Origin: Catajapyx aquilonaris
Lineage: Eukaryota
Reading direction: 5' to 3'
Length of the DNA stretch: 64,000 nt
Assembly: GCA_000934665.2 (NCBI GenBank)
Contig: KZ538089.1
Span: forward strand, 1-64,000
Positions 1-14,600 of this stretch are shown here, one piece after another. The translations under genes and the position numbers were made by a program. Under the pieces are notes generated by a model. It saw only the letters and a program-made list of their open reading frames with translations. It made no database searches and was not told where the DNA came from. Within the stretch, counting starts at the first letter, position 1. The number at the start of each line of letters is the position of its first letter.

Positions 1-1366
1 CCCTATTTATGTGCAATTAATTTATATTTCGTCATTTCCATATTCTCAACTGGGAAATATCAGGGTGAGCGAATTATTCTGGGTTTGGGCAAGTATATTG
101 CCTCCGGCAGCAAAAAAAAGAACTGACATTATTTTATAATTAAAAATAACACGCCAGAGAGTTGTTCAAGCTCGCCATGTGAAATTTACGCTGTGTTTCA
201 TACGCAGTAATCCGCTATTTTCACCCGCATACTGTATTGATACTCGTATATTAATGTCAATTCTATACACCAATTAATAAAATTTAACTCATGGCTGCTA
301 TTAGTTATTTGAAAAATAAAATTGTTGCCACGAATCGTAATAAAAGAGGATGTTTGACATCATTACCGTTACTATTGTGAGAGCTAAAAGCATAACATTA
401 AAATTAACATCTATACCGACGAGCTATTTTTGGAAATTTATACATTACGCTCATTAACTTTTCGGCTCATGAACAACATAAGTTGGTCATCTTGAACTTA
501 TGCAGGTGTAAACTAATTTGTCGACATCTGCGATTTTTGATGCACTTGCTCCAAGCAACGCCCCCAGCCGAATGGCCGCGTGTAATTAAAATAATTAGCA
601 CCCTAGTGTAACTTAGAGGCTTTAATTAATCCTCAGCGCATGGTCGGGATCTATAGCCTATATCGTGCAGGCGATCACGACGAATTTACCGCAAAAAAGT
701 GTGTGTGTGGGAACAATTGGAATTTGCATAGCAAGTATACAGACGACTTGAATTTAATATAAGCTTTTTTTTGCATATAATTAGAGCCGCAACCCCATCA
801 GAGGTCATCTGTACTTCGCATCCATTGGCCATCCTCTTTTCCTTTGGCCGCGAAACATGTTACTGATGAGAGCGAAATTGAATGGTTATTTGTACGTTTG
901 GAATTATGGTGTGGGAAAAGCCATTACCTGTGTTGTTACGGCCTATGCCATAAATACCGGCCTGCCTTATACACTGGTTGAATAATATTCCGAGTCGGGC
1001 CAAATATACACACAAAAAAACACCGTGCCTATAAATACGTAGCGCAGTGTGTGAAAGGGGTGGACACTTGTCCCATATCTCTTCCTCATTGAATGGGGCG
1101 TAATGATGAAGAGCATCCCGATATATAAATGGCCTAATCCGACTTGGATGAATGGTTCTAATTAAGAAACGTCCAGTTCCCTTAGACGAAGAGGGGGGAA
1201 CTAGTGCGTCTGATTACCATCTCAGGTGTTCACGTGCCTCACACACACCGCACTTGCACCTATATATGATCTGGCTGTGTATGACATCACGCTGGTCATA
1301 ACCCACCTGGTTATTAGGAACGATAAGTCATAATTAGGGTGCCCTATAGAGCTGTTTGAAAATTAC

Positions 1367-1445
1367 ATGCGCAGAAGCTATGCGCAGAGAGTGACCTGCG
1401 TAATAGCTATGCGCAGTGCGTGCCCTGCGCTGATTGCTGCGCAGA
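1367..1445. repeat. Degenerate ~29-bp tandem repeat containing four TGCGCAG motifs
   Basis: AGCTATGCGCAGAGAGTGACCTGCGTAAT (1376-1404) and AGCTATGCGCAGTGCGTGCCCTGCGCTGAT (1405-1434), with partial copies on either side. Confidence 0.7.
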
Positions 1446-1885
1446 ACTACCTCCAGTTCTATATCATCGCGTTTATTGGAGCCATTTTGCAGGGACAACC
1501 TTGCATCTGTAAATTTGTTTGAAAGTTTTGCTAATATCCGTGGGTCATACTATCCAGTGAACTCAATTAACCTGCGGCACAGAGAAGGCGATCACTTGCA
1601 GACGATTAGATTAGGCGAGTGACTGCTCACAATTTGTAACCCTGCTGCGGATCGCTTCTTCTTTCTTTCTTTCTTTCCTTCTTTCTTTTTCTTTGAGAAA
1701 GGAAAGAGAAAAAGTTGGCCAGGTCGTGTTGAAATCTCATTCGGAGGGGGATTCGGCGGGTCATTTGTCGGAGCTTTACCGTAATTATTTCTGCGCCCAT
1801 TTTTCCTCTTTTCCGTGATTGGCCTGTTGGGTTGAGTTCCAAAATTGGATTAGAAAGCAATTACGTGGGAATAAGGTGCTGGGGG

Positions 1886-1906
1886 NNNNNNNNNNNNNNN
1901 NNNNNN
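1886..1906. other. Assembly gap (21 N) within a G-rich tract
   Basis: N-run flanked by GGGGG and GGGTTGGGTGGG. Single Ns at 2942, 43748 and 57919 also sit in or next to poly-G runs. Confidence 0.95.
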
Positions 1907-2584
1907 GGGTTGGGTGGGCGATGGTGGCATATAGTGTGCTATGTCACCTGATGAGAAAATTCCGAGAACGTTATCTGAACTGAATGTTAAGTGGTGGCGG
2001 ACGCAAGCGGTGTAATTAAGCCCGGTTAAAGGTTAGTTACAGCGGGGATATTGGCTGTTGCGTGGCGCCCCGATCCTTCACGTGAGATTTGCCTTGCCAT
2101 GCGATCATTCCAATGAGATACTATTGCTCTTTCCTCTAGGGGTGTTTTTCGGTGCCTTTTTCGGCCATATATGAGGCATCCACAGGGATGAATGACTCTG
2201 CTGTTGGGCTGGGCCACTTTGCTGATGATGATAATGTAGGCTACTATATTATATCTTAGTTTCGGATATTCCGGAGCAGATGCCACTCATACACATTTCA
2301 CCACAGATGTTGTTTTTCTTACATAAAACGATCAAAAGATGGACATGGACAGTGTGTGTATTATACGACAGTGCAATGGTTGGCCTTTTGCAATGTGAAT
2401 ATTTTCATCTGGCTGATTGTGAAAGTGGACTTATTTGGCTTTCCCTAGAAACCAGTGCGGGTTTTCGGTATAATCAAAGTGATTTCCGTGTGTTAGTAGA
2501 CCCGCGAGTGACGTCCACCAAGTCCATTACCAGATGGACCTTTCCGTCAGAATAAGGAATAAGTTGCTTCCCAGAGACTCAATT

Positions 2585-2629
2585 CTCTCTCTAGCTCTCT
2601 CTCTCTCTCTCTTGTCTCTCTCTCTCTCT
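2585..2629. repeat. Imperfect (CT)n microsatellite
   Basis: Direct reading: ctctctctagctctctctctctctcttgtctctctctctctct. Confidence 0.9.
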
Positions 2630-5600
2630 GCTGTATATACCGCGTGTCCCTCCCTCCATCATCCCCCCCCTTGGGTTCCGCCCCCTCCATTTGCAAGATT
2701 GTCCCTCGACCCACGCACCCACCCACCCAATCCATCCCCATCCTTCTTTCCCCCAGAAGTATAATATGCTTCAGCAGCAAACCCCCCAGGATCAATTTCC
2801 AGAGCCGGGTCGCATCATGATGCGCTTTTCCTTTTTGCCTCACTCACCTGCACTAATAAATCTATCAAAAGGACTTCAGCCGGGTTAATTATTGACTGAC
2901 CTTCCAGTCCAGATGGGTTTGTGGACTTGGGGGGGGGGGGGNAGTTTTGCCGGGCCAGACACCTTTTCAAAACGGTTTTCTATTTGCAGCAGTGTATATA
3001 CGAAACGAAACTATTCAGCCCAATATACACCAGATAGGCCTTATTACTATAAAAATGTCACATAGCACATCTAAAACATGCAAAATCTCATACTATATCT
3101 TTTATAGGCTGACCCGAATTTTCAAAACCAGGAGGTAGGGGAAAAAAACAGTTTCATTTTTGCAACATGTAGTATAGAGTATTACAATATCAGTAATTTA
3201 CACTAAAATTTATAGCTAAATACTTTGTACTTGTGGACATAACTTTGCCGTTTTTAGTCAGTACTTTATTCCCTTATGATTGTGTACTTGACAGCTTTGC
3301 CATGGTCTGTGGATAATGGAATTACCATATTGCAGAGAGCAAATTAGTGCGAAATTACAGAGTTTCAAGGATCCTGCGAAATTGTATCATTTCTTTCCAT
3401 AATTATAATAGCACTCGCTAATAACAAAAGGAAAAAAAAAATTCTGAAATGGTATTCCGGCTTGTTATTTCATTCTTATACTTTTGTTAGATATGCAGGA
3501 AATTGACACATTGTCAAAAGATAAGCAATATTAGATAGTAGTAGAAATCGGTTTGGTTTATTGAAGGAACGAAGGCCATGAGATGTAGGCCAAACCCCAA
3601 ATTTCACTTTCACTTGATCTTGCCCCAGGATGTGACTCTGGGCTCTATTATTATTCATAAACATTTTGAATTGAGCAGTGGAAAGAAATATTGGTTCGTA
3701 TTGGCCGAGAAATTTTGTATTTTTTTTTAACTGACTACAATTTTGTCCAGCGAAGCATATGAAAAGGGGCGTAAATCGTCATTTGCCTTCAAGAATATAG
3801 CAGAAATGGAGGCGGTCGGCTCTTTTTTCTTCTTCTTCTTCTTCAGGCCTTCTTCCATCACGGTTGAGTTCAGCAGGATTCGCCGTCTAGACCAATGGGA
3901 TTCCCCCCTTTTCTGAGAGTGTTAGTCAGCGGAGATGTCGTCAGTTTACAAGGCCTCTTTGGCAACTTGCTGGCCAGAGAAAAGAACAATAATACTTGAA
4001 GGGGGGGAGGTGGGGGCGGAATTAAGGTCGAGCAAGCCTCGGCGGGAAGCTCGTCCCGATTGGCTCATTAGTCGTCGCCCATTTTGGGCCCCGGCAAACT
4101 AACCCTTCCTTTTGACCGCTGGGAGTTTGCCCATGTACGCGTGCCTCCTTTTGTTCGGCTTCACGGGAGACTTCACCGCTGACCCATCCATTGAACCACT
4201 AATGGCCTCCACCAGATGCAAAGGGTGCAATATATAGGGGAAAGGAGGTTCTGATGCCGACACTTCTATATGTGTGTTGCGGTGTGTTGTCTCTTTTTTT
4301 TCTCTCTCCCAATTTTTGGTGGGGATGGGCCCCCCCTCCAAAAAAGGAGCCCACCCTGTGTGGGAACGCTGGTTGTTTCCGTGCCGGTCTCTTCATGGAG
4401 ATAAGGACTTCCTCCCGGTTGCAACACCTCACCTTCATTATATGGCCAGCATTTCCCACGGCTCCTGTAACCATCACCCTTGGTCACCATTCTCAGCGCA
4501 ACTCACTCCGGGCTACTGCTGGGTCAGGGGCAACTGATACATTCCAACAGCTCAAATATTGATCATTGCAACCAATGTGGAGCCTGTGCCAAGCAACCAA
4601 AGTGGCTCCATTGTGCGTAAGGCTGCATAGCTGGTAGGCGCCCCTGCTGCGGAAAGAGTTGAAAGAGAGTTGGGGATTATGTGCTGGGAATATATGAGTC
4701 GGACTAATGAAATTGGTTGCGGCAAATGGACTCCTGGGCTACACAACTATACAACCACCACCCCTTTCTCTTATATATCTAACCCCCATCCTTTTTCCTC
4801 CCAAATTGGCAGGAGGGGGTTTAGCCGGGACTTTCTTCCTGTTTCGTGTCGAATGAGCTGGGAAATGGGGAGGGGGGAATGTCCACTTCCATCTCGACCA
4901 GGACTCATTTTCCCCCTGCTGCCTTCTGCTATCTCTTCCCGAGTTTAGCTGCCAGATACCCACATTCACCTCCCACTCTGTAATTTTCTGCGCAGTTTTG
5001 CGCCAAATGGGTCGAGATACGCTCCACTCTCTTAACCACTCTGGACAGGGGCCACTTATTATTACACCAGGCAAGTATAGTCCATGCCGGGAAAAAAAGG
5101 TTATAGGACAAACATCAGGGCTCTACACAAGAGGTATTCTGTGAAATGGGAGGATGGAATTGGTGCAACATTTCAGAATTATTCCTCCCGCTGGATCTTT
5201 CAGAGACCATCAGTTGTCGCTTTTGCTCTAAGTAATTCATGATGGCTAAACACGTCGGTAAATCGGTAATAACGATATGAATCCAGGTGCGCTCAGTTCC
5301 TGGTCGTTATCAGCCAGCATGTTGGCAGCCATCAGAGCTGGTCAAGCTCATTAATTGCGCGGAACATCATCGCTTGCGTGTTCCTCCGATTAGAATATCA
5401 GTCCTTTAGCTTTTTTTGTGTGCTTGGGTGTGCTGTGTGATGTGTTTCCTAAGGGAGATGGAAGCGGGGATAGGCCGGAAAAGGAAAGAAAAAAAGGGGG
5501 GGCAGCCAAGGTGTGTGCAGAGCAGCAGGTAGGAGAATGGGAAACAAAAGGGAGCAGGAATGGCGAGGAGTTGCGTGATCGGCGGAGATGCAGCCCCTGT

Positions 5601-8600
5601 TCCGTTGGCCAAATGTCGCTTTTTCGGGGCCTAGCTGAACAGACAGACAGACAGAAAGCGGGTTATAGGCCACAGAACCTGCATCTACCTGCCTAGAGGC
5701 GACATAACCGTTTTTGTGTGTGTACACATAGTACGCTCATTGGCACCAGGACCGACCACGCTGGATCTGTGCGCGCGCAGGCCGGAAGTGGGCAGATTCC
5801 GGACCCTCCTGGTGGCGGCGGCTGTCATTAACAGGGAGCCGAACGGTAGCTGATTCCTCACACGTTATGTGCTTAGCAGGAACACTGGTCCGTGTCCGAA
5901 CCCGGCTACCACATGCCATAGGCCTCGCACGCACAGAACAACGCGTACACTATACTAACAGGTGTACGCAGCAGCAGCAGGGAATGAGAAAAGACAAAAG
6001 TATATACGATCCAAGTGTGATGTATGAGGCCAGTATATGGTGATACGAGGCTCATTAAACGCGTAAATCAGAACTCCGCCCATTAAGTGGAACTTGACGC
6101 CCGCAAATGGGGTCGGCAATAAGGAGCCACGACGATAGTGATGGGAGACAAGGCAGGTTTTGAGGCCCGCGTATAAGGTGTGGCAGCCCCCGATGGGAAA
6201 ACCGTCGTGTGAGTGGATGTCCGGCACGGATGTACTGGCACTGACCCGTATACTTTAGTGCCCGGCCACATAATTCAAGGAACTACTTCCCGCCCCCATA
6301 GATAAAGCCACAGCTCCACATTTTCATTAGCAGAAAATATTTTGCGGCAAGATCCCGATGACTCAAGCAAGTTATGGACAGAGCTGACATTTTGAAAACT
6401 ATGTTCGTCATTTTTTTCTTTCTTCCTGTCCCGTGTGAGCAATTTGGTATGCACCATTTTCCCCCACTCCCCTTTTTGCCTTTACTCTGCCCCCTATATG
6501 TGCCCCTTTTTTTCCTTTCTTTTTTGAGGGATAATGGAGGTCCGGCATGCAAAGGTGACGTTGCAGCGGGCCAAAAGAAAAGTGCAGCTGAAGGAGGACA
6601 ATAAACATTAAAAATGAAACACTACATCATGTAGGAGATCCATATGCCGGTTGAGATTAAAACGGGAGCCGCACGCGAGCCTAAGAAGAGAGAGGAAAAG
6701 TCCTACGACAGCCTACCTTTTTTTCCCCCATCTATACTATACACACACCCTCCAAAAAAATGGAAATCCGGAGGCTCATACACTATATATATACTCCGGA
6801 GGAAAATCCCATTTCCGTTTCTGCTCCGGAAATGATGAAGGTTCCCCCCTCCCCCCCCAACCTCTCAACCTCCACCCCCGCCTGACTCTTTCTTATTTTT
6901 AAGACCCCGACTATATTTTTGCTTTGCGGGCTTCTTATCGCCGAAATAGTCGCTTGTTCTGGTCGTAAAGCCGTTTCGGGCTTCCGATTCTTCGACCTTA
7001 TCAAAAGTGGACATGAACCGTGGACACTGCGACTACATCTGTGACCTGCGACTTGTTAATTATTATCGCACCGACCCAAACGCAGCAGCACATATACTCT
7101 TTATTACTTTGTGACTAAAAAGGACTGGGGTTCGAAGGAAAAGAAGGGGAAAAAAGGAGAAAGAAAAGGCGGGAAAGTGACACGCAAGCTCTTAGGGACT
7201 AATGGGGATTTTGGTCCCAATTGATGGCCTTTTCGGGTGCCGTAATTTATGAAACGGACACTGGATTATTAATTTAAATATTAGCCCCATATTGGTCTCC
7301 CCTTACACAGTGACTCAGCAACCAGGGTGGGTTTCGTCAGGGATATATCAATTTTTAAAAGTCATAGTTTACTTACCAAGTTACACGATCATTGTCAATT
7401 CCTCAATTCACGTCATTTAATTACATACATTATATGTGGCTATTGGGTCAGATGGGTTACAGATGATACTGGAAATATGTCTAGTATAAAATGCTCCTGT
7501 TATATTCACGAACATTTCTCGTCTAGAATGCTGTTGTCAAGAATTATTACCTTCACTCCTACACAATTTAATGATTGTGAGTAATGCCATATTGCACCAG
7601 AATTGAACTGTTGAAACAATTATTAATTATCAATTTGACAACTTTCTATGATGTCTGATTCCAATCACAGCTCTCCGGTTAGGGAAATGTTTCAAAAAGA
7701 GCATTAACAAATTATTACTCGTTTCCTAAAAGATGTAATCTGCAGTCACGTTCAACAAAGGCAAACACATTATAATATGAAATTTCCAGGTTGTAAAATG
7801 GTAATGGATTCTCTGGTATGGAGAAGATGGCGATAAAACATATTTATTGCTGTTAATTCAACTGGGGCCCCGCGTCATTTCCGCCCCCCAATAAGTGGCC
7901 CGGCCTTTTGGCAAAATGAAACACACGGGTGGCGGTCATCAGCCAAACAAAAAAAAAAGCTGCGAGGGACTCCTATACGCACTTATTCGTAATTAGGTAA
8001 TGATATATCCCATCACGTGAGGTTCTCTCGTAAGATTCGCCCGCCACATGTCGCCCTCCTGTTTTTTTGGCCAGAAGAACTTCACCGCAAAAGAGTCATT
8101 TAGGCGAGCACAGGAACAAGGTGCATAAATTCGCACATGCCAACCTGGTCCCTTGAAAAACGGAGGAACACGACACTAACGGCTAATTTCCTGTGTACAG
8201 ACCGAAGGGTCAATCCACTCTAGTATAATTTGAAGCTACAGAATTATTATTTTACCATCAGTAAACCCTTTCCTTTCTTCTCGACTATTAGGCTGATTCA
8301 GCAAGGGTGGTCCACTGTGCTGATGGTGCCAATTGCTAATCAAATTTTTTTCTCGCTTTGTTGTGTGTGTGTATAGACACAGAGACAGTGTATAAATGTG
8401 GAGAAGAGAGCCGAGCCGAGAAGAGGAATTAGAATCCATTGGGAACCAGCAGGTGGTCGTCGAGGGGGAACTACCGGACCTTTTCGCATTCATGCTGCCC
8501 ACTCATTTGTCATTCCCTCTCCAGGATTTATTTCCCTTTTGGCCCGCTCTCTTGCTTGGCCCTTTGCTTGCTGCTAGATGTTATAACTATAGGGATTCAA

Positions 8601-11600
8601 CCCCCCTTTTTCCAACCCGCGCATCTCTTCTTCTTTTGTTGTTTTGTTGTATAGCAGCGCAACACATCAAGCTCTCTGCTTTTATTATTCCGCTGCTTTT
8701 GCCATCATGCTTTGTGCAAAGAAAGATTCGCGCAATAATCATGACTGGATTTCCTAGGGGAAAACTTGAGCTGGTTCTGGGAACACAGGGTGAGTCAGGT
8801 CGTGTCACCAGCACAGAGGATGGTGCCCGTAATTTAGTCAGTCAAGTGCACAGAGTAATCCTCATGTTTCTCGGAATTCATCCATTTGCATGGTGGATTA
8901 TTATTCATCAGTAAAAAACCTGCATGTGGCGGAACATCTCCAACAAAATTTCACACTATGCTATAAACCGCTATAAACCCTAAAGTCTGGCATCCTGGCA
9001 ACCAACAATATTACCTATGTGTCCAGACTTTATAGGATCACCCTGTAGTATAACTAATAACTGCAAGAGTGCGATAAAAACGAGGCATCGGGCAGCAGCT
9101 TTTAAAACCTGGAATATTTATTTCCCGGCCTTGTCAGTTGGTTGCAAGGACCGCTTAAATTATTTCTGAAATAAACAGCAGGTGCATAGTGATCTGTCCC
9201 GTTTTTAGTTGACAAACTATATCTTGTGTAACAGGGTGTTGGTTTTCAGCATATATATTGAAGCAGCAGGTACATTATATAGGAAGGACGAGGCGACAGT
9301 ATATAAACAGGTGAAGGAAGTTCAGGTGGCAGAGTTTAAATTGAGTGCTGGACCGGTTCCGTGGTCCGTTTTTGCCGAAATTATGTATCGCTCTATTTTG
9401 TCACAAGTTGTTTCCTGGGCTTATCTCCCAGGGCTGTTTGGTTGGAAAATCGCACGCAACGCACGGCAACAACAAAACATGCTGTGCTGCTGGGGACTCG
9501 CTTATGCCGCGGGTTATGTTCCCCCGTGTCATAAAACCACGGGGGAAAAAGGGTTGCAGTTATTATATACACAAAGTGAGCCTAATGTTGCTGATAATAC
9601 AGTTGGTCAACATGTGTTGCTATGTACAGTATGGATGGTGGGATAGTGCTCAGATGGTCCCAATAATGCATTTTGTTATCATCCAGCAATTTACTCGATA
9701 AAAAAATCAGTCATTTCACGTAAATATTGAGATTTAAATTGATTGAATAAGTAGCTTAATATTTTCGCCCACCCGTAATGACAATGAAATCTACTGATCA
9801 ATACGATTTGACTTGATATTGTTTATTAATCCGTGTTCGTGACTTTATTGCAAAACATTCAATGACAAGGAAGCTGCTGTATTTAAATCAATGTGCACTG
9901 TATAAAGTGTGAAAACCACTCAAAATAATTTGGACAGTGGTTGCAGTGTATGTGACAATGTTATGATGGCGCCACTTACATCGTGAGTGATGATGGTGCT
10001 CTGTTGCTGAGCTGAATCACCTTGTACAAACGGATGCAAGGTGATATAACTTAACATTAATTTGAACGGAATTCCGTGGCATATGTGTATATACACAGTG
10101 AAGCAGCGATGCATGAATGTGACCGGACGTTTTATTTTATTTTTTTCTTCAAAAAAAGAATCCAGTCATTGTCCCAAACGCGTTAAAAAAGCACATTTTG
10201 GACAGGAAAAACGAGGACAATGAGAAAATTTTTCCTCCCCCATCCAAATCCTCCATTCCATCATCCAAATACGGCTACTGCTGCGTAGGTTTTATGCCTA
10301 ACATGTAATTTAGGGAGAGAGAGAGAGGATCCAGTTTTTTCCTCATACGTCACTGCAACACAGAAATATCGTAATAGCGGCCTTGGTTTTGGAGAGAATA
10401 ATATCAAGATTGCCTCATGCTTTTGAGAAAATTCGCCGAGATATTTTAGCTAATTTCTCTGCCCATTGCGAGAGCGTTCTATATTTAAGCCCTCATTTGC
10501 TCATAATGGCTTAACCGGAGCGGATTCACAGGGCGTATCACCAGGTGTACAGTACGTTTCAGTCCGCAATTTTTTTCGCATTAATCTTCATGTTATTTAG
10601 GCAGATGCTATAGTCACTTCTAAGGACTCTGAATCATTTGCGATGATTATAGTAGTTGAAGCAATATGCTGGGTGGGATATGAATGTCATCTGATGTCAC
10701 ATTGTCAGATAAAACTGGTTCGTGATTCTCTCCTGTCCTTTTTTTTTAAAAAATGGCATCGAATTTATTTTGGGTCATAAACAGCCCTCCCAGAAAAAAA
10801 TAACATTGCGGAAGGAGTGGCGGCGGTTTTTGCGGGAAGCAGTGTAGATTGGTAGCTTGGTATTTATGACCTTTGGCCATTTTCGGATAAGGTAACTCCT
10901 GGGCCCCTTTAGAAACACGCCATATCTTAATCTGAGGAAAGAGGGAAAAAAGGGCCAGCTCATGGGGGGACCCTATTTTTAGTGCGCACCTTTGCTGATT
11001 CCTCATCATGCAGACTGACTTAATGACTCGGCTTTGGTTCATATATCGTGCCACTTGGCCAGAACGTGAAGCCATCACACAATGTGACAGGGAAATACTG
11101 CCGTTATCTCACTCGCTTTTTTTTTAATCCGTGTGCGTGGGTGGGGGTAAAAAAAAAGGTGCCCCCTCAACCCCTCACATTTACCCAACCCCCCCTTAAG
11201 CGCTGTTTCCTCGAAACGGCGTCGTTCTGCCCAACTAATAGCAGCTATTGCAAGAGAAACCTTTTGGTCAAACGGTGTCGTAAAGTTTTCTGCTTGAGGA
11301 AATGGTCCATTGTAACATTATATGTACGGAGAGGGGTCACCTGCGCCTTATTTACCGCTTGTTACGCTTCTGGAAGTGGCCCGTATATTGGTGGGTTCGC
11401 ATGTGGGGGTTTCCGGTTATGGGTCCAATCCGGGGGGGGACATGAAGCACAGGGAGCTTGGCTCATAAACGAGGGTAATATTGCTGCGTATATGTGATGA
11501 GAGCATTATAAGAGGATTCCTGGAAGTGAGGAGCAATGGGCGCATATTAGCTGTCCAGAACCGCCCTTTTATTGCAGGGCTCAGGAGGACTTATTGTACC

Positions 11601-14600
11601 AAAAAGAGAGGCAACTTGTGTAATCGCTAATCGCCTACTGCTGTTTCCGCTCGACTTTTTCTTATGATTTCTTTTGATTTATATACTGCCACGACTATAT
11701 TGCGGGGCCTGCGAAAAAATTGTGGGGAAATTCACTGGAGGTTTTGCCCCTGCCAGATTAGTATAATATTACGGTGCCCTCTAATGATGATTAATAGTAT
11801 GTCACTTTAGAGGGAGAATCATTCATATATTCGCTCTTACTAACAGTGCAGGTGATAAATCTGGGTGATCCTACACGCAATCCCTTTAGAAAAAAAAATT
11901 GTGACATGTCATGTGTCTAATATGAGACTTGCAAATGACAACCATTTGTTTAGCTCTCATATTATTCCGTTGCTCGCAGTTTGAATGATCTTTACTCTAC
12001 AAGCAGGGCACTTCCAACATAACGTAATCTATACTGATATTGTTAAAATGTTTGATTAGTAATAAATTGGGGTGCCAATTTGTATAGTCAACACAGGCCT
12101 AAAAACCTGTATAATCCTGAAATGAAAGGACTGAAATTGAACCAAGCGTATGCTTGTCATTACTTCTAATCCGTTAACAAATTCACCCTCACCATCTATT
12201 GATAGTGGTCATTTTGCACATGGCGCCAGTCGTTTTGACAAAAGTGTCACTAATCGCAACAAATGCAGAGGAATCTTCGAGCTCGTTCATTTCCCAAGGC
12301 TGCCAAGGATTTGCTCGTGATAAATTGTCTAGTGAAAATCTGCTTATGGGACGAGACTCCCCTCCTCTTTTTTTTCATAGAGAAAAGAAAAAGAAAAAAA
12401 ATAAGGAATTTATTGTTGCCGAGTAAGTGCAAACCTCCTGGAAACAAATCAAGCGCCTTTTGTTTCTAATCCTTCCCTCGCGGAGAAACAGGATTAGCGC
12501 CGGTTTAATTATTTCCCTGGCTGACACAATGAACAATCACATGTTCACGGGCCGGTTGACAAAATTAACGACATACTTCACGTGCGGCTCTCATGAATCT
12601 GAATCACTTCTCCGCACGTTTGCCGAATGGGTGCGAATCGCCCATTTTTTTCCATGAGAATCGGAATTGCTCATCAGCTCGGAAATTCTGCAACTCCAGC
12701 AGAGGGTGTTCTGTATAATAATAATACAGGGTCGGTTGCTGGAGATGGACCACCCTGTTGTGTGTGAGATCCTGTGAGGACTGTTTGTCAATTCTTCCTG
12801 ATTGGCCGAGGGGGACAGGGTGGTGTTAAGCCGGGGATATCTCGGAGGATGAGTGTGTGGCCAGACTCAGCAGGAGTTGGCTTAATGATGAGGCATTCCC
12901 CGGTGGGAAAGGGCGCCAAAGATCCCCCGCCGAGATCCTCCGCGGGGATCTCCCCACAGGAGAAAAGGCAGCCCGATGAAGGAGCCTCCGACACTATTTA
13001 CTATTATAATAATGCACCCAGGGGCTCCGTCCGAGCATGCACAATAAACAAGGCGCAAATTGCGAGGTGGGCCAGGGAATTACGCGCATTTTGGACCATG
13101 AATATGCCTCTAAATGTCACGGATGGTTAAATTTGTGGAAATTATTTGGGCATCTTGCTGGATGCTGCGGTGATATGAATCCTCATCTGCCCCCTTTTTA
13201 ATGCCGCCATTAAAATCCGCTTTGTTCAACACACGCTCGTGTGTCACATCAATGTGGGACAGTAACGAGTGTCTCTCTGCGCAAGTTGGTCGCAGATATT
13301 GTAATTTAATTTAATGAGACGCCACAAATTTTTTTTGCAATCTTCTGACCGTGCAAATTTTTTCGCAGTGTCCACCATGATGGAATTTCCCCACCCCCAC
13401 CCCTAACATGATATCCTGCCTACCATTGAGAGCCGTTAATTGGCGCCTGGCGTTTCCATGGCTCCGGGTCCCGGATTGGCTGCCCCGGAGCGCAGGCCCG
13501 GAGAGAATCCTTCCGGGGGGGACTTTTGCCCCCCGATTCAATAACAACACAGCACGAATGCGGCCTCTCGATCATCATCCAGCTCCGGATGATTATTGTC
13601 TCATGCAAATTGCGTGCAGAATGACATTGTAACTCCAAACCGCACTTTACCCTCTCTTTTTTTTTGCGCAACTCTTCCGCGTACATCATTCCTGCAATTG
13701 CGAGGGTATGATTAGCGGTTGACCCGTACGGTACAAAAGGTCCAAATTGGCAGGGACTTTTTCCTGAACTGTGTGTTCTCTCTCTCTCAACCCCCCTTTT
13801 CCCTATGTATATACCATCCACCCCCGTATATTTTTCTGGGAAAGGTGGGTCGGTTGGGGAGAGGCCGAAAAGGAATGCTCCTTTTGTCGGTTGACGGGCG
13901 ATCTATCATTACGGGCGTGCATAAAAGTGAGGGCTGGCAGGGGGAAGTGGACCAACCTGTGATTTGGGGCTGGACTGGCAACCCACCCACCCACAGTACC
14001 CACCACCACTCTCTCATTGCAGATGGTGCGTGCAATCTTGCGGTTCCAAGATATATATGCAAGGACGATGGAGACGGAAGGAATAAGGAAAAGGCTTCCG
14101 CTTATTCCATCATATTTTCTGAAATTGCCTCTGAAGAAGATTCTTTTTTTTTAAAGAGTTGAGGCGACATGGCGTTGACGCAAGATTAATGAGGCAGCGC
14201 CCATAAGATGGCCTAATGTTGGGCAGCAGCAGGAAATAAGGGGGGGCCCCCCGAATAACTTTTGATATACTTTCTGACCAAGCCTGATGCGTTTTAAATT
14301 GCGCCCCTGCTGCTGCTGCTGGAATGCCCCAGGTCATTTTCCACAAGCCTTTTCTGCCGACTACCAAAAATAAATTCCGGATGATGGACCTGAAATTGCT
14401 GTTCTGCACCAATTAAAAAGGGTACGGGAGGGGGGGGGGGAACTATCTGTTTTGTTGCACACAACACTGCAAGTATACACTTCATTGTGTAGAGCACGAA
14501 ACGGCAACTCATTATGCTGTATGGGGTGCGTTTCGGTCGGTCGAAACTCCGTCATTGTGTTGTGCATCTTCTTTCGGTATCTTAATTCCATCAAGTTTAC

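Noticed and set aside
1881..1920. G-tract cluster around the N gap as another G-quadruplex
   Set aside because: The sequence is unresolved (Ns), and poly-G runs next to Ns may be sequencing or assembly artefacts.
9209..9646. 145-aa ORF with fairly protein-like composition
   Set aside because: TTG start in a eukaryote and no recognisable domain. A blastp or RNA-seq hit would be needed to revive it.
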